Virus record (IMG/VR): IMGVR_UViG_2716884766_000001
Span: 60,504-124,503 of that record
Source of the DNA: a virus
Strand: one strand, 5' to 3'
Length of the DNA: 64,000 nt
Each line of letters starts with the position of its first letter. Position 1 is the first letter of the stretch. Shown in pieces: positions 47,727 to 56,015 of this stretch. The position numbers and the translations under genes are program-made. The notes beneath the pieces are model-generated. The model was given only the letters and a program-made list of their open reading frames with translations, was not told where the DNA came from and made no database searches.

Positions 47727-48420
47727 TTTTTATATCCATTCTTGTTAACTTGGTAGGTGTCTTGCCTACCTTTTTTTGTATCGTAGTCCATATCTTTTTA
47801 ATCACAGGTCGTATGACTCTGATTAGTAATGGTGTCGCAGCAGCACCCGCTGTAGCAACCACAGCTAGTGCGGTCACCGTTGACACCTGATTTATAGGTG
47901 GTATATACTTCTCCACTGGTGAGGTAGGTTCGTACAATGTCACACAGGTAGTACCCTGTAGTTCATGACCTACAACCTTCTCATCACCTGACTGTGTTAC
48001 ATCACCCACTCTTAGTTGAGCAGGACCTGGACATGGTGTCTCTTCAGTGAGTCCACCTGTATCAGGTGTCTCTGGAGCACCTGGTGGGTCAGGTGGTGGT
48101 TGTACTGGAGGAGGTGGTGTCTCTACATATATGTTTAAATCTTCTGGAGTATAGTCCATCGCATCATACGTTGGATAGTCTCCATCACAAAGAACCCTCG
48201 TCCCATTGGAGTCATCCTCCTTTAGGTTGGGGGTTTCTCTATTGTCTGCTGCGTCTGGATGAAACTTGACACAACCAGGCAAGTCAACAACAGGAGAACC
48301 TATGTTTAATATGAATGGTACTGTCTGTGTTGCGGGTGGTAGTGAATATATCTGTGGTACTTCTATCCTAAAGACATTGACATCACCCACACCTACATTA
48401 TTAATCTGTGGTATCGACAT
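47680..48420 (-). CDS. Pro-rich membrane-anchored hypothetical protein
   Basis: ORF track; Cys pairs and C-terminal TM helix. Confidence 0.7.
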   Translation of the reverse strand: MSIPQINNVGVGDVNVFRIEVPQIYSLPPATQTVPFILNIGSPVVDLPGCVKFHPDAADNRETPNLKEDDSNGTRVLCDGDYPTYDAMDYTPEDLNIYVETPPPPVQPPPDPPGAPETPDTGGLTEETPCPGPAQLRVGDVTQSGDEKVVGHELQGTTCVTLYEPTSPVEKYIPPINQVSTVTALAVVATAGAAATPLLIRVIRPVIKKIWTTIQKKVGKTPTKLTRMDIKTNQYRQSKGLPPLKK

Positions 48421-48871
48421 ACGTTCCTTGGTTCCTACGTATCTCTTTTAGTTCCTCGAAGTTCTTATTCTTTTTACCACCATCGTATGCCCAAGCATAC
48501 CCTTCGTCTATCATTTTTTCGTTAAGGGACACAGTTGCATCCCCGATATAAAGCCACCCAAGAAGACGACCATATTTACCGACCCCACCATCAAGTTCAG
48601 TCCTAATAATAAGGTCATCGTCACCGTCAATAGCACCTTCGAGGTGGTCTTTAATCCATTCAGTCGCGTCCAGACCGAGTGCTTTTTCTTCAAGATTTCT
48701 TGTCCTCTTCTCAGGTGTGTCGACCCCTGCCACTCTCACTCTTTCTTTCTTGTAGAGATCGAACCCAAGGTCTATAGTAACATCTATTGTATCACCATCT
48801 ACTACTTTGTCAATGCTGATCACTCGAAAGTTGTAACAACTCTTCCTGCTCGGTGGTGTCATTGCTCCCAT
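48401..48871 (-). CDS. staphylococcal-nuclease-like (SNase) protein
   Basis: KVVDGDTID, RVRVAGVDTPE, GKYGRLLG, LNEKMIDEGYA. Confidence 0.85.
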   Translation of the reverse strand: MGAMTPPSRKSCYNFRVISIDKVVDGDTIDVTIDLGFDLYKKERVRVAGVDTPEKRTRNLEEKALGLDATEWIKDHLEGAIDGDDDLIIRTELDGGVGKYGRLLGWLYIGDATVSLNEKMIDEGYAWAYDGGKKNKNFEELKEIRRNQGTYVDTTD

Positions 48872-49070
48872 GATTAAACTCCATTAATGCTTTATATATG
48901 TCATCTTCTATGCCCTCTGTCTTGACTTTGTTACGTTCGTACTGAACGTTCTGTCTTGCCCACGTCATGAGTGTTTGATAGTCCTGCATGATGTCAGCAT
49001 GAGCAGGAGGATCAGTGACAGGTGCTGTACACCCGACCAGTATGATAGGTAGTAGTATAAATTTAGTCAT
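48810..49070 (-). CDS. putative lipoprotein
   Basis: Lipobox LVGC after a hydrophobic signal. Confidence 0.6.
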   Translation of the reverse strand: MTKFILLPIILVGCTAPVTDPPAHADIMQDYQTLMTWARQNVQYERNKVKTEGIEDDIYKALMEFNHGSNDTTEQEELLQLSSDQH

Positions 49071-49155
49071 CGTAAGTTAGTATAGCATAGATCACAAAGA
49101 TTACTGCCACGCAAAGCGTGAAGACCATGATGTTTACGCTATGTACAACGGTCAT
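49063..49155 (-). CDS. 30-aa membrane peptide (MTVVHSVNIMVFTLCVAVIFVIYAILTYDD)
   Basis: ATGA coupling; AGGAG RBS. Confidence 0.5.
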   Translation of the reverse strand: MTVVHSVNIMVFTLCVAVIFVIYAILTYDD

Positions 49156-49625
49156 TCTCCTAGTGTATGGATGACAGGTTTCTCGTTCTTAAGTATATTA
49201 TATAGCTCCATGTTCTCTGCTGTGGATACTGGATAGAACTCAGCGTTGGGATCGAACCCATCGTATCTGGTTGCTTGATTGATAACTATAGATCCACTCT
49301 CTCCTGACACTGACCTATGGAATGTACCACGTGGTATAAACAAAGCACCACTGTGTACATTAAGGTGTACTATATGATAGGGGCACTTCCAATCTCTGTT
49401 GACTAACTCAAAGGTTCTCTCACCCTGTATCACTCTGTTAACATCGTCTTGGAAACTATGGATGTAGAACTGTTTACCTCCTACACAATCAGGTGGAGGT
49501 GATGTAGCAGCACCTGTGTGTACCACGAGGTCACTAGCATTTGATTCTTCTACACTTATATCATAAAAGATAACATCGTCTGTCTCTCTGAACACACGAT
49601 GTCTTCTGAATTGTATGTCGCTCAC
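49152..49625 (-). CDS. cupin-fold protein
   Basis: FYIHSFQDD.NRV..G.R.FEL, IPRGTFHRS; GTG start. Confidence 0.7.
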   Translation of the reverse strand: MSDIQFRRHRVFRETDDVIFYDISVEESNASDLVVHTGAATSPPPDCVGGKQFYIHSFQDDVNRVIQGERTFELVNRDWKCPYHIVHLNVHSGALFIPRGTFHRSVSGESGSIVINQATRYDGFDPNAEFYPVSTAENMELYNILKNEKPVIHTLGE

Positions 49626-49747
49626 TTTTTCTTGAACTTATTATCTATTGCTATCTTAGCATAGTATAACAAAATAATCCACACTGTAAAGAACACACCG
49701 TCCCACCAGCCTAGTTCTTCCCATGCCCATTTCAAAAATTCAAACAT
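49622..49747 (-). CDS. 41-aa membrane peptide (MFEFLKWAWEELGWWDGVFFTVWIILLYYAK...)
   Basis: TAATG/GTGA couplings. Confidence 0.6.
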   Translation of the reverse strand: MFEFLKWAWEELGWWDGVFFTVWIILLYYAKIAIDNKFKKK

Positions 49748-50049
49748 TAGTCTCGTTGCCTCCAGTCATCTGACCTGTTATCGTTGCGGAACCACTCTGC
49801 TATATCGTCTGCTCCACTGAAACCCTTTTTGTGTTTCCTTGGATCTGGGTCTCCTATATCCAAGTACTTAAGAAAAGTTGAGTCAGGATCCGTTGCTAAT
49901 CTTCTTGCTTGATTCAGCATACCTCTTGCTGATGTGTTACGTTTAGATAATTTTTGTGCCCAAATCATATCGTCAATGCTGACTTCTGTTCCTGCTGCTA
50001 TGGATTTGCAGATACCTTCAAGACGAAGGCGGTATGCTGTAGATAACAT
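49747..50049 (-). CDS. cyanophage/Prochlorococcus-type hypothetical protein
   Basis: MLST.YRLRLE.IC..I...EV...DMIWA.KL, DWRQRD. Confidence 0.75.
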   Translation of the reverse strand: MLSTAYRLRLEGICKSIAAGTEVSIDDMIWAQKLSKRNTSARGMLNQARRLATDPDSTFLKYLDIGDPDPRKHKKGFSGADDIAEWFRNDNRSDDWRQRD

Positions 50050-50075
50050 GTATTAATATATTGTATTACATCTAC

Positions 50076-50408
50076 TTATACACTTAAGATTGCCTTCATA
50101 ATGAAATCCTTTGACAGGACAGGGTTTCCAAACATTTCTAGTTGAATATCTTCTGCGTCTACAAACATATCGTCCTTGTTCTTACGACAATGGTGCCAAT
50201 AGTATGTACCATCCTCTCTTTCATAGAAGTAACTGGTGTTATGTGAGTCCAAACAAAACAAGGCAACGACCTGTGGGTACGTTACCTTGCGATTTGGATC
50301 TGGTCTACATGATTTACCCATGTCGGCATACATTGGTCTTGCTCCACTCCCATGAGGAGTGGGTAAGTTTCTGCCATGGTCTCCGAATAAATCGTATCCT
50401 TTACTCAA
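50076..50408 (-). CDS. hypothetical protein
   Basis: ORF track; TTG start overlapping the petE end. Confidence 0.65.
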   Translation of the reverse strand: MSKGYDLFGDHGRNLPTPHGSGARPMYADMGKSCRPDPNRKVTYPQVVALFCLDSHNTSYFYEREDGTYYWHHCRKNKDDMFVDAEDIQLEMFGNPVLSKDFIMKAILSV

Positions 50409-50757
50409 CGTGTATGACTCCTATCATTCCTGCTCCTGCGTGTGGATCACACTGGAACCTATAATCTCCTGCCTTATCGAAGGTTACATCAAACGATTCG
50501 CCAGGAGCAAATGCTAAGTCAGAGTGTGAATACTCTGGATGGTCTGCTACCATCATATTATGTGGAGGTAGTTCGTTATTCCTAAACGTAACTGTATCTC
50601 CTACAGCTATTGTTAATTCACATGGTTCAAAGACGAGCATCCCTTCATTGCCCATCAATATTTCGACAGCGTATGCTGTGCTGCCCCAGAAGAAACAGAA
50701 GACAAGTAGTACACAGACTACCACACATCTCTTGCTCCAATTTAAAAACTCTTTCAT
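50401..50757 (-). CDS. petE: plastocyanin
   Basis: Signal peptide; PHN and C-DPH-AGAGM copper ligands. Confidence 0.93.
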   Translation of the reverse strand: MKEFLNWSKRCVVVCVLLVFCFFWGSTAYAVEILMGNEGMLVFEPCELTIAVGDTVTFRNNELPPHNMMVADHPEYSHSDLAFAPGESFDVTFDKAGDYRFQCDPHAGAGMIGVIHVE

Positions 50758-50797
50758 TAGTAAGTAAATATACTCATAGTATATAGTAGCACAAGAA

Positions 50798-50828
50798 CAA
50801 AAAAATAGGGACTCTATGGTGAGTCCCT
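50798..50828 (-). terminator. putative terminator
   Basis: AGGGACTC-loop-GAGTCCCT followed by a U-tract. Confidence 0.6.
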
Positions 50829-50870
50829 TACATTTACTTTAAAATTTCCGTACAAACCTTGCGACATATG

Positions 50871-51074
50871 TTATCCGTACAATCTATCATACAGGAAAAG
50901 TATTCGTCGATTAGTTCGTCTTGTGTGAGACTGTCGTCGTCGTGATGAATCCATTCTGCCATTTGATTGCTTGACATTCGCATGTTGTCCTCCGTTAAAG
51001 TTGAAACATAATGAAGAGACCTTTACTTCATCTTGTTGCTCCTTAATTCTACCATTATCTAGGTTCCCTAACAT
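50871..51074 (-). CDS. hypothetical protein
   Basis: ORF track only. Confidence 0.45.
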   Translation of the reverse strand: MLGNLDNGRIKEQQDEVKVSSLCFNFNGGQHANVKQSNGRMDSSRRRQSHTRRTNRRILFLYDRLYG

Positions 51075-51083
51075 ATAGGTACT

Positions 51084-51746
51084 TTATCCTTTGTTAAACA
51101 TGGTGTTGAAGAACACTTGCCAAGCACCTATAGCAGCACTGCCATCGAGTTCGTCAAACATATACATGTTAAGACGGAAAGCAAAGTTAGCCTCAACTAT
51201 GATAGCATTCTGCTGTGACACAGTGAGTGGTAGGTTGTCTAGTATCTCACGATACTTTGCTTTGTATGCTTTCTTATCCTCGATGTCAAACTTATAGAAG
51301 TCAAGACCCTGCTCTAGATTCATTGCCTTCTCTGCTATGGTCTTCAGTATCTGACCACCAGATAGATCACCAAGGTAACGAGTGTAGTGGTGACCCACTA
51401 GCAACTCTTCTTCACACTCCATGATGCGATTGACATATGATTGACATGAATCACTTGGTTTAATCTTCATGAACCAGTCATCACCATAGAAATACTTAAG
51501 GTCTTTCTCTAATGCTCTAGTTCTACTGAGTTCTTTCAACTCTTGTAGAGGACCTAGCACAGGTGACATAGCATGGGTGTCCATGCGTTCTTCCAAGGCA
51601 CGATAGACATAGTAGAAGTCTGCTACAAGTTTCCTGTAACTCTCCTCCTTGACACACCCACCGAGGAAACTCTTCACGAATGAAGTGTTCTCAGCAGCAG
51701 AGTGTGACTTCTTGGTTCCTTCTTTTATATCTTTAGAGAATGTCAT
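51084..51746 (-). CDS. ho1: heme oxygenase
   Basis: KEGTKKSHSAAEN, HHYTRYLGDLSGGQIL, EANFAFRLN. Confidence 0.95.
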   Translation of the reverse strand: MTFSKDIKEGTKKSHSAAENTSFVKSFLGGCVKEESYRKLVADFYYVYRALEERMDTHAMSPVLGPLQELKELSRTRALEKDLKYFYGDDWFMKIKPSDSCQSYVNRIMECEEELLVGHHYTRYLGDLSGGQILKTIAEKAMNLEQGLDFYKFDIEDKKAYKAKYREILDNLPLTVSQQNAIIVEANFAFRLNMYMFDELDGSAAIGAWQVFFNTMFNKG

Positions 51747-52102
51747 TTAGTAGGTGGTGTAGCAGGAACAATCTTCAATGGCATCTGTTCAATCTTAATT
51801 GTCTGAACAGTTCCACCGCCAGTAGATCCTTCGGTCTTGTCTTTCTTCTTGCTTGAAGTCTGAACACCAAAGGTAGCTAAAGTTCCTGTGAAGACCGAAG
51901 CTATAAAGGTCGGATCAATTTTCTGCTCTTGTACATAGCCAGGTATCTCGACGTAGTTCAATGTTAATATCCCTGCCGACCAGGTGAGTACCGCAAGTCT
52001 GACGATGGTAGATAGGAATGCTAGTTGCTCTTCCTTATCCTCAGCATGCTCTTTTAGTTTACCGAGGAGACCTTTCTTCTCCTCCTTCTTTACTTCTGCC
52101 AT
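51743..52102 (-). CDS. two-TM membrane protein
   Basis: IDPTFIASVFTGTLATFGV motif. Confidence 0.7.
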   Translation of the reverse strand: MAEVKKEEKKGLLGKLKEHAEDKEEQLAFLSTIVRLAVLTWSAGILTLNYVEIPGYVQEQKIDPTFIASVFTGTLATFGVQTSSKKKDKTEGSTGGGTVQTIKIEQMPLKIVPATPPTK

Positions 52103-52106
52103 GTTC

Positions 52107-52310
52107 TTAGAATGGTAACGCAGGACCAGTTAGATCAGGAATAGCATTCTGGATGCCACCACCTATGTCAGGCATAACTGATTCCATTACTTTTGATTTG
52201 ATGTTATCTACGATAGCATCTTTTCTGATGAATACGTATCCACCAACGCCAACGACTCCTAGTGCTACTACACCAGAGAAGATAGCGATTCCGTTAATAA
52301 TTTTTTGCAT
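52107..52310 (-). CDS. membrane-anchored hypothetical protein
   Basis: MQKIINGIAIFSG...; one TM helix. Confidence 0.7.
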   Translation of the reverse strand: MQKIINGIAIFSGVVALGVVGVGGYVFIRKDAIVDNIKSKVMESVMPDIGGGIQNAIPDLTGPALPF

Positions 52311-52340
52311 AATAATTAAGTCAGTCTATTATATAGTCTA

Positions 52341-52410
52341 GAAAAATCATAGGGGTAAAAAAATACCCGAAAATTTTTTTCCACTTTTTTGGTAACTAAA
52401 AAGTCAATTT
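52341..52410. repeat. ~70-bp A/T-tract intergenic element, copy 2
   Basis: Similar to 42791-42860. Confidence 0.8.
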
Positions 52411-52583
52411 AGATTATACTTTGTCTTACAATATTCTACGACACCATCAACATTATCATGTGTATCACACCACATGTCCGCACAATCATACACCTCTCTT
52501 GGTGATCTGTTTATAAAGGATGCCATCAGTTTTCTCAATACATTCTGACGGAGGTGTTGCTTTGAAGGTGTCCAGTCTTTCAT
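52404..52583 (-). CDS. hypothetical protein, 59 aa (MKDWTPSKQHLRQNVLRKLM...)
   Basis: Manually translated; ATGA coupling. Confidence 0.6.
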   Translation of the reverse strand: MKDWTPSKQHLRQNVLRKLMASFINRSPREVYDCADMWCDTHDNVDGVVEYCKTKYNLN

Positions 52584-52813
52584 CTTACTACCATGTCCTG
52601 TTCGTAATATTTATTGGGCGACCTTTCTATTCTACTAGGCATTGTGATAATGTCAATGGTTTCCTCGAACCATCTGTTCATTGACTTAGCCATAGCACGA
52701 TAAGATGTGCCAACGTAAAGTTGTCCCGCTACAACAGCAACAGTTGCTGCTCCCCAGAACATATAATAGAACCTAGACTTCAGTTGATGCCTGATTCCGT
52801 CACTCTTTTTCAT
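52580..52813 (-). CDS. membrane hypothetical protein
   Basis: ORF track. Confidence 0.7.
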   Translation of the reverse strand: MKKSDGIRHQLKSRFYYMFWGAATVAVVAGQLYVGTSYRAMAKSMNRWFEETIDIITMPSRIERSPNKYYEQDMVVR

Positions 52814-53124
52814 AGTTTAGGTAGTTTTTCTAACACTTGTTGTGTGATGTCATCTATAATGTTGACATCTATGTCCATGAACGGTGGGATAATACCTAGG
52901 ATTCTAAGTAGTCCGTCAATGAATAGTGCGAGCACAGTGAACCCCAGTATCATAGAGATAACTGTAGCGTCTCTGTTGTGCTTTGCCATTGATGCCTCAT
53001 CAATAGCTCTTGCTTCTGACACAGCAGCAGCAATGAGAGCATTGACCTCTTCCTTAGTATAGGTATCTCTTTGAGATTTGTATGCGTCGGATAAAGGTAT
53101 GTTCTGTATGAGTTTGTTAACCAT
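52810..53124 (-). CDS. membrane hypothetical protein
   Basis: HNRDATVISMILGF...DGLLRILGIIPPFM. Confidence 0.7.
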   Translation of the reverse strand: MVNKLIQNIPLSDAYKSQRDTYTKEEVNALIAAAVSEARAIDEASMAKHNRDATVISMILGFTVLALFIDGLLRILGIIPPFMDIDVNIIDDITQQVLEKLPKL

Positions 53125-53164
53125 TCTAGTATAGGATGTAGTCTAGTCTACCCTACCATGAATG

Positions 53165-53941
53165 TTATGTCAAGTACATTGCTGTCCTTGCTCCGACAAT
53201 ACTTGGCCAGTCTTCTGCGATGGCAGCATTGACGTAGGTCATATGGGTAGTAGCAAGGGCAGTCTGACCTGAGTCGATCAGTTCTTTTTGTATCATGGTG
53301 TACTTTCCACCACCCTTTATTGTATCATATTTAGTTAAGTCATCAGCAGAAAACGATTCTGATTCGGTTTTCCACACAGGATATGTTAGTCCCTTTGGTT
53401 CTTCGTATATGTATCCGTCTCTAATAACATAGCTTGGAGACCATAATCTGTAGAAGGAATCGAACTCATCAATCATAGATTGTACCTTTGCCCAACCCTT
53501 TACTGGTTCCTTGATGAACAGTAGATGCTCACCAAAATAACTCTCCTTAATTACCTTGTAGTCTGGGAAGACAGTGCTTGCTGTACCCTTATCAGTAGAT
53601 GGTATTCGGAAACCCTTGAACCATTTGTTCACCACTGTACCTCGCATGTCCTGATAGAACACACAGTCTCCAAACATGATCACAGTAGGTTGTGTAGACC
53701 TACGCATAATCTCTGAGTATATAACATCTGAGTTCTTAAACGCACCAAGAGACCTAGAGTAGACAGCATCGTTGTCTAAACACCACTGCTTCACGTACCT
53801 CATCTGCTCACCATGCCTAGCAGTATCATGTACTGTAGGTTTGATGCCAGGAAATCCAGTAGCAAATGTTTTTAATGATGTGACACCAGTAGCAAGTTCA
53901 CTGGCACTGTTAGTGTCAATTATTATATGTACGTTCCACAT
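53165..53941 (-). CDS. hypothetical protein (late promoter upstream)
   Basis: ORF track; CATAAATA at 53961-53968. Confidence 0.7.
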   Translation of the reverse strand: MWNVHIIIDTNSASELATGVTSLKTFATGFPGIKPTVHDTARHGEQMRYVKQWCLDNDAVYSRSLGAFKNSDVIYSEIMRRSTQPTVIMFGDCVFYQDMRGTVVNKWFKGFRIPSTDKGTASTVFPDYKVIKESYFGEHLLFIKEPVKGWAKVQSMIDEFDSFYRLWSPSYVIRDGYIYEEPKGLTYPVWKTESESFSADDLTKYDTIKGGGKYTMIQKELIDSGQTALATTHMTYVNAAIAEDWPSIVGARTAMYLT

Positions 53942-53963
53942 TGTGTTGAGAGTTTATTTTTAT

Positions 53964-54134
53964 TTATGCTCCGTCGTCATGATCCCACAGATGCCTTAGA
54001 TCCTCTGGGTTTTGAGGTACCATCAGCACTTTAGATCCATCTTCCTTCGCTAGGAGTATAGGTTCACCCTGCTCTACTCTATCAAGATATGATTTCTCAT
54101 TCATCTTGAGTTGCTTCTCTGTAATTTCAATCAT
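53964..54134 (-). CDS. 56-aa protein, Phd/YefM-like fold suspected
   Basis: MIEITEKQLKMNEKSYLDRVEQGEPILLAKEDGSKVLMVP; ATGA coupling. Confidence 0.55.
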   Translation of the reverse strand: MIEITEKQLKMNEKSYLDRVEQGEPILLAKEDGSKVLMVPQNPEDLRHLWDHDDGA

Positions 54135-54322
54135 TTTTGTAGAGTTACTTTCCAGTTGTACTTATAAAAGACTATGTTCAGTTGAACCCACTTAGCATAT
54201 GTTACCCCACGGTAACAGAGCAGAGCAAATACTTTCTCTGGGTTGTGCTTTTCTGGGTCATACTCAGGTAAGGTATGTCCCTCCCACCTGATCTTAAACA
54301 TTTTCTTAATCTCCTGTAACAA
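54131..54322 (-). CDS. small protein with YRG motif (DUF4278-like)
   Basis: LLCYRGVTY; probable start at MFKIRW after the CAGGAG RBS. Confidence 0.6.
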   Translation of the reverse strand: MLQEIKKMFKIRWEGHTLPEYDPEKHNPEKVFALLCYRGVTYAKWVQLNIVFYKYNWKVTLQK

Positions 54323-54350
54323 TTTTATTTATTTGTTAGGAGATGTTCAC

Positions 54351-54388
54351 ATTGTACCATAAAAAAAGAGGGTGTCAAGCACCCTCTG
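54351..54388 (-). terminator. terminator with embedded sigma70 promoter (TTGACA-N16-TACAAT)
   Basis: AGAGGGTG-CTTGA-CACCCTCT followed by a U-tract. Confidence 0.7.
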
Positions 54389-54431
54389 TAAGTTCCGAAT
54401 TGTAGAGACCGCACGAAAGGTCTCACCTTAT

Positions 54432-54788
54432 TTAGAATGTGTACTTAGCACCAACTTTAACACCGTATGCGTTGTCAGCAGTCTCATCTGTTTGAACAGA
54501 TAACTCACCGTAAGCACCGATTGCGTCTGTAAGAGCAAGTGATCCACCAACGTAACCAATGAAGTCTGTTGAAGACTCACCGTTGTCTGGAGAATCTACG
54601 ATAGGACCACCAGATACATACCAGTTCTCACCTTCGTAACCGATCTGTAGTTCTGTTGATAGACCTGTGTAGTCATCACCTGAGTAAGACTGTACTGTTT
54701 CTACATTCACATAAGGACCAGCAAATGCTGCACCAGCTAGAAGGAATGGAGATGCTGCCACTGCAGCGATTGTTGATTTAATAGACAT
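54432..54788 (-). CDS. small outer-membrane beta-barrel / porin-like protein
   Basis: Signal peptide AAFA-GPYVNVE; alternating beta strands; terminal YGVKVGAKYTF. Confidence 0.75.
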   Translation of the reverse strand: MSIKSTIAAVAASPFLLAGAAFAGPYVNVETVQSYSGDDYTGLSTELQIGYEGENWYVSGGPIVDSPDNGESSTDFIGYVGGSLALTDAIGAYGELSVQTDETADNAYGVKVGAKYTF

Positions 54789-54799
54789 GAATTTTGTTA

Positions 54800-54900
54800 T
54801 AGTCTCTCGCAAGGGAAAACCCCTGCGGATGGAAATACCTTCGACAAAAGTATCTTACATCACGTAGGGGCACGATCTTTCGATCCCTGTGTTATGTAAT
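54800..54900 (-). ncRNA. structured 5' leader of the porin-like gene
   Basis: Hairpins GAUC-GAAA-GAUC and CGCAGGGG-UUUU-CCCUUGCG; CTAAATA late promoter upstream. Confidence 0.4.
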
Positions 54901-54941
54901 GTTATTTAGTATACAATATCTTTGGGATCATGTCAAGGTCC

Positions 54942-55637
54942 TCATGCCACAACAACATCTGTCACACGATATGTCTCTCCAAAATTTCTCTCTGCGGGTT
55001 CCTTAAGAACAAAATGATCAAACAAATCACCACACATATGAGTGTGTGTAAGGTAGTTCTCTCCCTCGAATGGTATAATAGGACACTTATCATACATGCC
55101 TTTGATCATGGTGTAAGGATAGTATGCCATCTCTTTTGATCGAGTCAACCCTTTGGGTCTCCTGTCTGTCCACACGTTCACATATAATTTACAGTCATCA
55201 TGGCTTGCCATGTCTGACCATGCTACATTACCATCCCATATTACAGTCTTACCCTCTGCTCCATATGAATAGACACACTCCGTAGGTTTGATGTCACCAT
55301 AGGTCATGTTACTGATACATGTAGCACCCTTATCAAGAGTCATGTTGATACATGCTGACCACTTAGGGTGTGTGATCTGTGGATCTCTTTCATCCTTATC
55401 AAAGTGAAAGGGATCAAAACTATTACCGTTCTCTGATTTGTATACCCAATACTCCATACCTTTATAGTCACCAGTAAGGAAAGCATAGTACCACTGGTGT
55501 AGATACTCTTCAATAAAATTCCTTGGAGCATCGTCCTTACCTAACCAATAGTTCTTACGACCTATCGAGTTACAGTTGTGCTGTAAGGTACAGTTCACAT
55601 TAGGTGTATGTACATCTAGATATGATCTAATTAACAT
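54942..55637 (-). CDS. hypothetical protein, possibly degenerate 2OG-Fe(II) oxygenase fold
   Basis: EYW..., FHFDKDE, P..S motifs. Confidence 0.55.
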   Translation of the reverse strand: MLIRSYLDVHTPNVNCTLQHNCNSIGRKNYWLGKDDAPRNFIEEYLHQWYYAFLTGDYKGMEYWVYKSENGNSFDPFHFDKDERDPQITHPKWSACINMTLDKGATCISNMTYGDIKPTECVYSYGAEGKTVIWDGNVAWSDMASHDDCKLYVNVWTDRRPKGLTRSKEMAYYPYTMIKGMYDKCPIIPFEGENYLTHTHMCGDLFDHFVLKEPAERNFGETYRVTDVVVA

Positions 55638-55803
55638 CCCTCACTGTTCCTGTTGGTTCAGACTCAACCATAGTTTGATATTGTATGCGTGTCATGTCCC
55701 ATGCCATGTCCTTTACCTTTCTCTCCGCTGCCTTCTCATCGTCAGCATCTACTCTGACCCACGTCCTGTAGGTACAGACAGTTTCTACATCGTACTGTTT
55801 CAT
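55627..55803 (-). CDS. hypothetical protein, 58 aa (MKQYDVETVCTYRTWVRVDADDE...)
   Basis: Manually translated; ATGA coupling. Confidence 0.6.
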   Translation of the reverse strand: MKQYDVETVCTYRTWVRVDADDEKAAERKVKDMAWDMTRIQYQTMVESEPTGTVRDVN

Positions 55804-56015
55804 CCTTGATCCTTGAGTAAAAAATGTTTCTTAATCACTGTGATCTGATCCTCATACTTAGCGATCATGTTTAACTCTTCTTCGATTGCTTCCATGACGT
55901 TGGAGTGTTCACCAATACCAACAGGGTTAGCTAAGTAAACTTCTACATTCATTTTGTGCTTCTGTATATCTCCTTGAGCATGAGCAAGAAGAGCACTCAC
56001 CATTTGGTTTCTCAT
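55800..56015 (-). CDS. conserved phage hypothetical protein
   Basis: H..NVEVYL.NPVGIGEH...EAIE.E. Confidence 0.8.
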   Translation of the reverse strand: MRNQMVSALLAHAQGDIQKHKMNVEVYLANPVGIGEHSNVMEAIEEELNMIAKYEDQITVIKKHFLLKDQG

